Below, one piece after another: positions 60,105 to 64,000 of a stretch of 64,000 nucleotides of DNA. Position 1 is the stretch's first letter. Every line of letters begins with the position of its first letter. The stretch comes from a virus. The notes below the pieces were generated by a model. It searched no databases, had not been told where the DNA came from, and saw only the letters and a list, made by a program, of their open reading frames with translations. The stretch is from positions 32,001 to 96,000 of IMG/VR virus record IMGVR_UViG_3300020198_000887. One strand, 5' to 3'. The position numbers were made by a program, and so were the translations under genes.

Positions 60105-63100
60105 TCAATATGGCGAATACCAAATACCAGGGGTTGTTTTTAAGAAGGTGGCAACTTCAGATATATCAGAATTCATATCAAGCGTAACATTCCACGCTCT
60201 CCCAGTTCGTTTGACAACGGTAATATGTGTACCTGCTTCCAATTTGTTAGTTAATACAATTTCACTAGCAACCCCATCGACCGCAAAGTCCGCGTCAAAA
60301 TTAATGTCTCCCTCTGGACTATCCATATGTTTACCAACGTTATGAACTTTATATGGCGCTTTTTTCAATCTAATATTCCCTATAAAAAACTCCCATTTAG
60401 TCGAATCATCCGCAAACATCATAGAACTGGTATGTTCTGTTACGCATTTATATGTGTAACTCCCATTAACGACAAGTGTTCCAACGGTATACAATACATT
60501 GGGCACCCATGGGGTATTGTTGGCATATCCACCAACAAATACCTCAATAGAATTACATTGTCCATAATCTAATGGAATACTTGACCGATAATCCCATACA
60601 TTGGTCGATTTTTCGGGGATAAATTTCAATGGCACAATTGTTGTTCCATCTGAAACTATCTGTTCAGTAATTGTATGATCACGATATGGAATTGTTTCAC
60701 TAGTTCCAATATCCTGGACATTTGCACCAACACTATGCATTAACGGGGTTCCCGTACCTAATGTTCCACGACGCAGTTGACTCAATACATTCCCATTTTT
60801 GTTGAAATATTCAATTCGTTCACCACGTATTTCAATTATCCCAGGTCTGTTAAGCAATGGGTTTGGTTCATCAAAGTTGCTTGCATCACTTACTATTATA
60901 CTAGTATCATTCCATTTCAAATCGTGTGCTAGTGTAGTTTGTTTAGACAAACTTAGCCGTTTAAAATGTGTTCTATTCAACATATCTTTAAACTGCATAT
61001 ACGAAATACCACTTTTTAATATATTGTTACTATATGTTATAATTGTAAATGTGTCATTCACTTTAGATTTTTTACCCAATGTGATACTACGTTTATCTGA
61101 ATTCAACTTATAATCCACACTCGAAGTTAATAAACTATCATTTTTTATAACCCAGACATAACTGTCGTCCATTACTGCATTTTCAAGTGGTATCACACCA
61201 CCTTTAATATTCACATATGAATAATATGTTGGTGAATAAAGATCTACTAATATATCACTTACATTAAAACCAGTTTCGTGTGATATAATATTTTCATGTT
61301 TATATGAACTTACTATACTGATAGTTTTACCGGACTCATGCTGGTCAGTAAATTGTATTTTAGCACTTTCTGTGTGGGTGGCAGGAATATAAAAATACTC
61401 ATTATCACGTGTAATACTTACAATCATCTCTTTATTATTATATTTTTTATATACACGCTTGTTTATAGTAATACTAATACAAGACAAATCAACAGTATAA
61501 TCAGATGACACCTTCAATTTATTACCATCAACAATTACTTCGAAATCTTCGATGTTTACTGTATGTGGTTGGAACTTTATGGCATCTATTACATATGTTA
61601 AAATACTATTTTTAATAGTATAATAATTATTAACAGGAGCTTTCAATACCTTGTTCCCCACAAACACCAACATTTTAGATTCAACTGGCAATGAGTCACC
61701 AACAACACTTTGAATATTGTACGGGACCCCGGCAGGTCTACCATCCGCGATTATATTTTCTGTTTTTGTAACTGCAAATGAATACAGTTCCCCATCAAAC
61801 ACAACGTACGTCACCAATGAATCATTCGCAGGTGGTATTGCTAAATTGATTTTTACAAACCCATTTTCTTTACTAACTGTATAAGAAACATTCACCCCGT
61901 TGACATATACCATTGCATTAATATTGGTTTTATATGACACAGTTGTTAAGATTCCAGTAGTTTCACCAGTTGAAATAACCGAATTAATATCTAAAATTTT
62001 GACCCCATTTACACCAAAACTGTATATTGATACAATATGATTAATCGGTGGTGGGGTTACAAATGTTATGGAATTATTTCTTAAATTAACAATGTAATCA
62101 ACTCCTTGTTCTTTTATAGTAGAAGTAGTTCCATTTGATACCTTTACAATTACCGCCTGCGAATTGTTTATTTGATGTGTCATTGTATAAGTTTTACTAA
62201 CCCCATCAGTAATAAAATTATCTATTTTAATACTCGCCGATCCCGAATAGGATTTTTCAAATACTTTTATTGCAACCGCATCAACAACCTGCCCAGGAAC
62301 AACTTCTTCTGTAGCAGGACTAGTAGTGGGGGTAACAAATCCATCACCATCTACAATAATATCATCTGCATTAATACCAACTGCGCTTTGATATGCAAGA
62401 TCACCACCAACCAATGTGGTATCATAATCATACTCACTTGGGTTTGGGGCACCATCACTTGTAATTTTTCGTAAAATTATTTGGTCACTATTCTTTATAA
62501 CAATAGGCTGAATAATACCATCTATGTCACTATATGAATTAGGAATAGTCACAGTATGTCTAACCCCATCAGCAACCCAGGATGCCATCCTAGCATGTTT
62601 ATTGGTTTGTGATTCTGTGCCATAATATGGGTCATCAATTTTAATGCCATTATGATATACGTTTATAACCGTACCAGCTGTTGGAATGTATGGTAATGTA
62701 AATTCGTGTTCATTAGCAGATGTCATAACAATATAATCATCAAAAGTGGGATCTTTACTATCCCATCTATCTGAATAATATGGGATTGAATCCCATCCAC
62801 CAGTTTGTGCAAATCCCAACCCAGATACAATAACACCACCATAATCAACCCCTGACATCAACTGTGCCAGGTCATTACCTAACTCACCAGATGTTGGATT
62901 ATAATAATATTGTATTCTGTCTGATGCATTTAACAATGACCAATCCTTGACATATGTAACACTAATTTTAGATTTCACAGCAGGAGCACTATTAAATGTT
63001 ATAGTTCCATAATAAGAAGTATATCCACGAGTTTTAGACTTACGAATATCCATTTTATAATTAGATTTTACTACAGTTTGACCATCAACTATTACTGATG

Positions 63101-64000
63101 TATTTGTTAATATCAAGTTTGGTGCCCACGTTAATGAGAATTGTAACCGAGTTCCTGTTCCAGTAAATTCTTCTGTTTCCTGTAATTGTGTTATAAAATA
63201 TGTTTGTGTTATCCTATCAAATTTGATTTTTAGCATATTAGAACGTACAACACCATCCCCAATTGTCGCAATTGCGGTTGCAGAGACCCCATTTTCTGAT
63301 AAGCCACCTTCTATTTTTACGTGTGGTGCCTGTAAATACCCAGATCCGTTTGATACCATTACAATCCGTGTAACTTTACCGTGTGCAATATATGCTTTTG
63401 CGATGGAAGTTGATTTTGAAGCACCAACTATAGTTACAATTGGTTCATTGATATAACCAGACCCACCATCAATAATTGTGATACTAGTAACAGAAAACCC
63501 AACATTATCTGCCCAATGTCGCCATGGATATGTGTCCAACGTTTCATCATGTGTGATAGTTGAATTATTAACAGATAATAATAGATGTCTATTATACAAA
63601 GGAGGTACATCAAAATCAGTAGTGGATACCCCACCCATATCCAATTTTTCATATGAACTAATATATTCCCTAATCTGTGTTCTATATGGTTTTACTTCTG
63701 CTACGTAATCTTCAAAATTTTGAAGATTATCATTTCGATACCCAGATGGTTGATGTAATTCACCAACATTATGTTTGGCTTTTACAAAACTAGTTTTGAA
63801 AACCCAGTCAACATATGTTTGTTCGCTTAATGCATATCTAATACTTGTAAAAAACAAATTTAAATAATGGTGTTTTAAATTATCAATGAATATATTATTT
63901 TTAATAACATTGAATATAAATCTAAGTTCAATAGATGCATTATCATCATAAGTTCCACTATCAAATAATATTCCATCATATCCACTACCTGTGTTTGAAA
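60105..64000 (-). CDS. Large baseplate wedge-like protein (5' end beyond the window)
   Basis: Frame is open from 63857 to the window edge; VKPYRTQIR, GGSGY repeats, RRGTLGT, small carbohydrate-binding-like module. Confidence 0.65.
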   Translation of the reverse strand, partial: SNTGSGYDGILFDSGTYDDNASIELRFIFNVIKNNIFIDNLKHHYLNLFFTSIRYALSEQTYVDWVFKTSFVKAKHNVGELHQPSGYRNDNLQNFEDYVAEVKPYRTQIREYISSYEKLDMGGVSTTDFDVPPLYNRHLLLSVNNSTITHDETLDTYPWRHWADNVGFSVTSITIIDGGSGYINEPIVTIVGASKSTSIAKAYIAHGKVTRIVMVSNGSGYLQAPHVKIEGGLSENGVSATAIATIGDGVVRSNMLKIKFDRITQTYFITQLQETEEFTGTGTRLQFSLTWAPNLILTNTSVIVDGQTVVKSNYKMDIRKSKTRGYTSYYGTITFNSAPAVKSKISVTYVKDWSLLNASDRIQYYYNPTSGELGNDLAQLMSGVDYGGVIVSGLGFAQTGGWDSIPYYSDRWDSKDPTFDDYIVMTSANEHEFTLPYIPTAGTVINVYHNGIKIDDPYYGTESQTNKHARMASWVADGVRHTVTIPNSYSDIDGIIQPIVIKNSDQIILRKITSDGAPNPSEYDYDTTLVGGDLAYQSAVGINADDIIVDGDGFVTPTTSPATEEVVPGQVVDAVAIKVFEKSYSGSASIKIDNFITDGVSKTYTMTHQINNSQAVIVKVSNGTTSTIKEQGVDYIVNLRNNSITFVTPPPINHIVSIYSFGVNGVKILDINSVISTGETTGILTTVSYKTNINAMVYVNGVNVSYTVSKENGFVKINLAIPPANDSLVTYVVFDGELYSFAVTKTENIIADGRPAGVPYNIQSVVGDSLPVESKMLVFVGNKVLKAPVNNYYTIKNSILTYVIDAIKFQPHTVNIEDFEVIVDGNKLKVSSDYTVDLSCISITINKRVYKKYNNKEMIVSITRDNEYFYIPATHTESAKIQFTDQHESGKTISIVSSYKHENIISHETGFNVSDILVDLYSPTYYSYVNIKGGVIPLENAVMDDSYVWVIKNDSLLTSSVDYKLNSDKRSITLGKKSKVNDTFTIITYSNNILKSGISYMQFKDMLNRTHFKRLSLSKQTTLAHDLKWNDTSIIVSDASNFDEPNPLLNRPGIIEIRGERIEYFNKNGNVLSQLRRGTLGTGTPLMHSVGANVQDIGTSETIPYRDHTITEQIVSDGTTIVPLKFIPEKSTNVWDYRSSIPLDYGQCNSIEVFVGGYANNTPWVPNVLYTVGTLVVNGSYTYKCVTEHTSSMMFADDSTKWEFFIGNIRLKKAPYKVHNVGKHMDSPEGDINFDADFAVDGVASEIVLTNKLEAGTHITVVKRTGRAWNVTLDMNSDISEVATFLKTTPGIWYSPY

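Noticed and set aside
38789-63708. Numerous + strand ORFs (up to 316 aa) opposite the tail genes
   Set aside because: Antisense shadows of Thr/Ser/Val-rich genes with no recognisable motifs.
1-64000. Alternative genetic code (TGA or TAG reassignment)
   Set aside because: Conserved genes are full length in the standard code, and TGA/TAG end genes at expected positions, often in ATGA overlaps.
1-64000. tRNA, rRNA or self-splicing intron genes
   Set aside because: No cloverleaf or intron core recognised by eye and intergenic gaps are short; tRNAscan-SE or Infernal would be needed to exclude them.

Overview
AT-rich segment of a large (jumbo-type, distantly T4-like) myophage genome in the standard genetic code; the spanin pair implies a Gram-negative host. 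The + strand (1-38.6 kb) carries a structural gene entering from the left edge, a DnaE-palm fragment, GroES, a clamp loader, PhoH (- strand), a lysis cassette (GH19 endolysin, spanins, holin-like), DnaJ-ClpA, a cluster of three nucleotidyltransferase-fold genes, probable internal head proteins, family B DNA polymerase with sliding clamp, RNase H/flap nuclease, MoxR-VWA and ThyX. The - strand (38.6-64 kb) is a tail/baseplate module with two giant Ig/Calx-beta-repeat fibres. The main result is that two genes are each fractured across two ORFs and appear to need protein trans-splicing. (1) ClpA is split inside its second Walker A motif by an atypically split intein (26-aa IntN, 137-aa IntC). (2) The PolB catalytic YGDTDS motif holds two homologous Ser-initiated inteins only two residues apart, a cis mini-intein followed by a split intein, with a decayed Vsr-like homing endonuclease remnant between the split halves. 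All calls come from reading the sequence by eye; no database searches were run.
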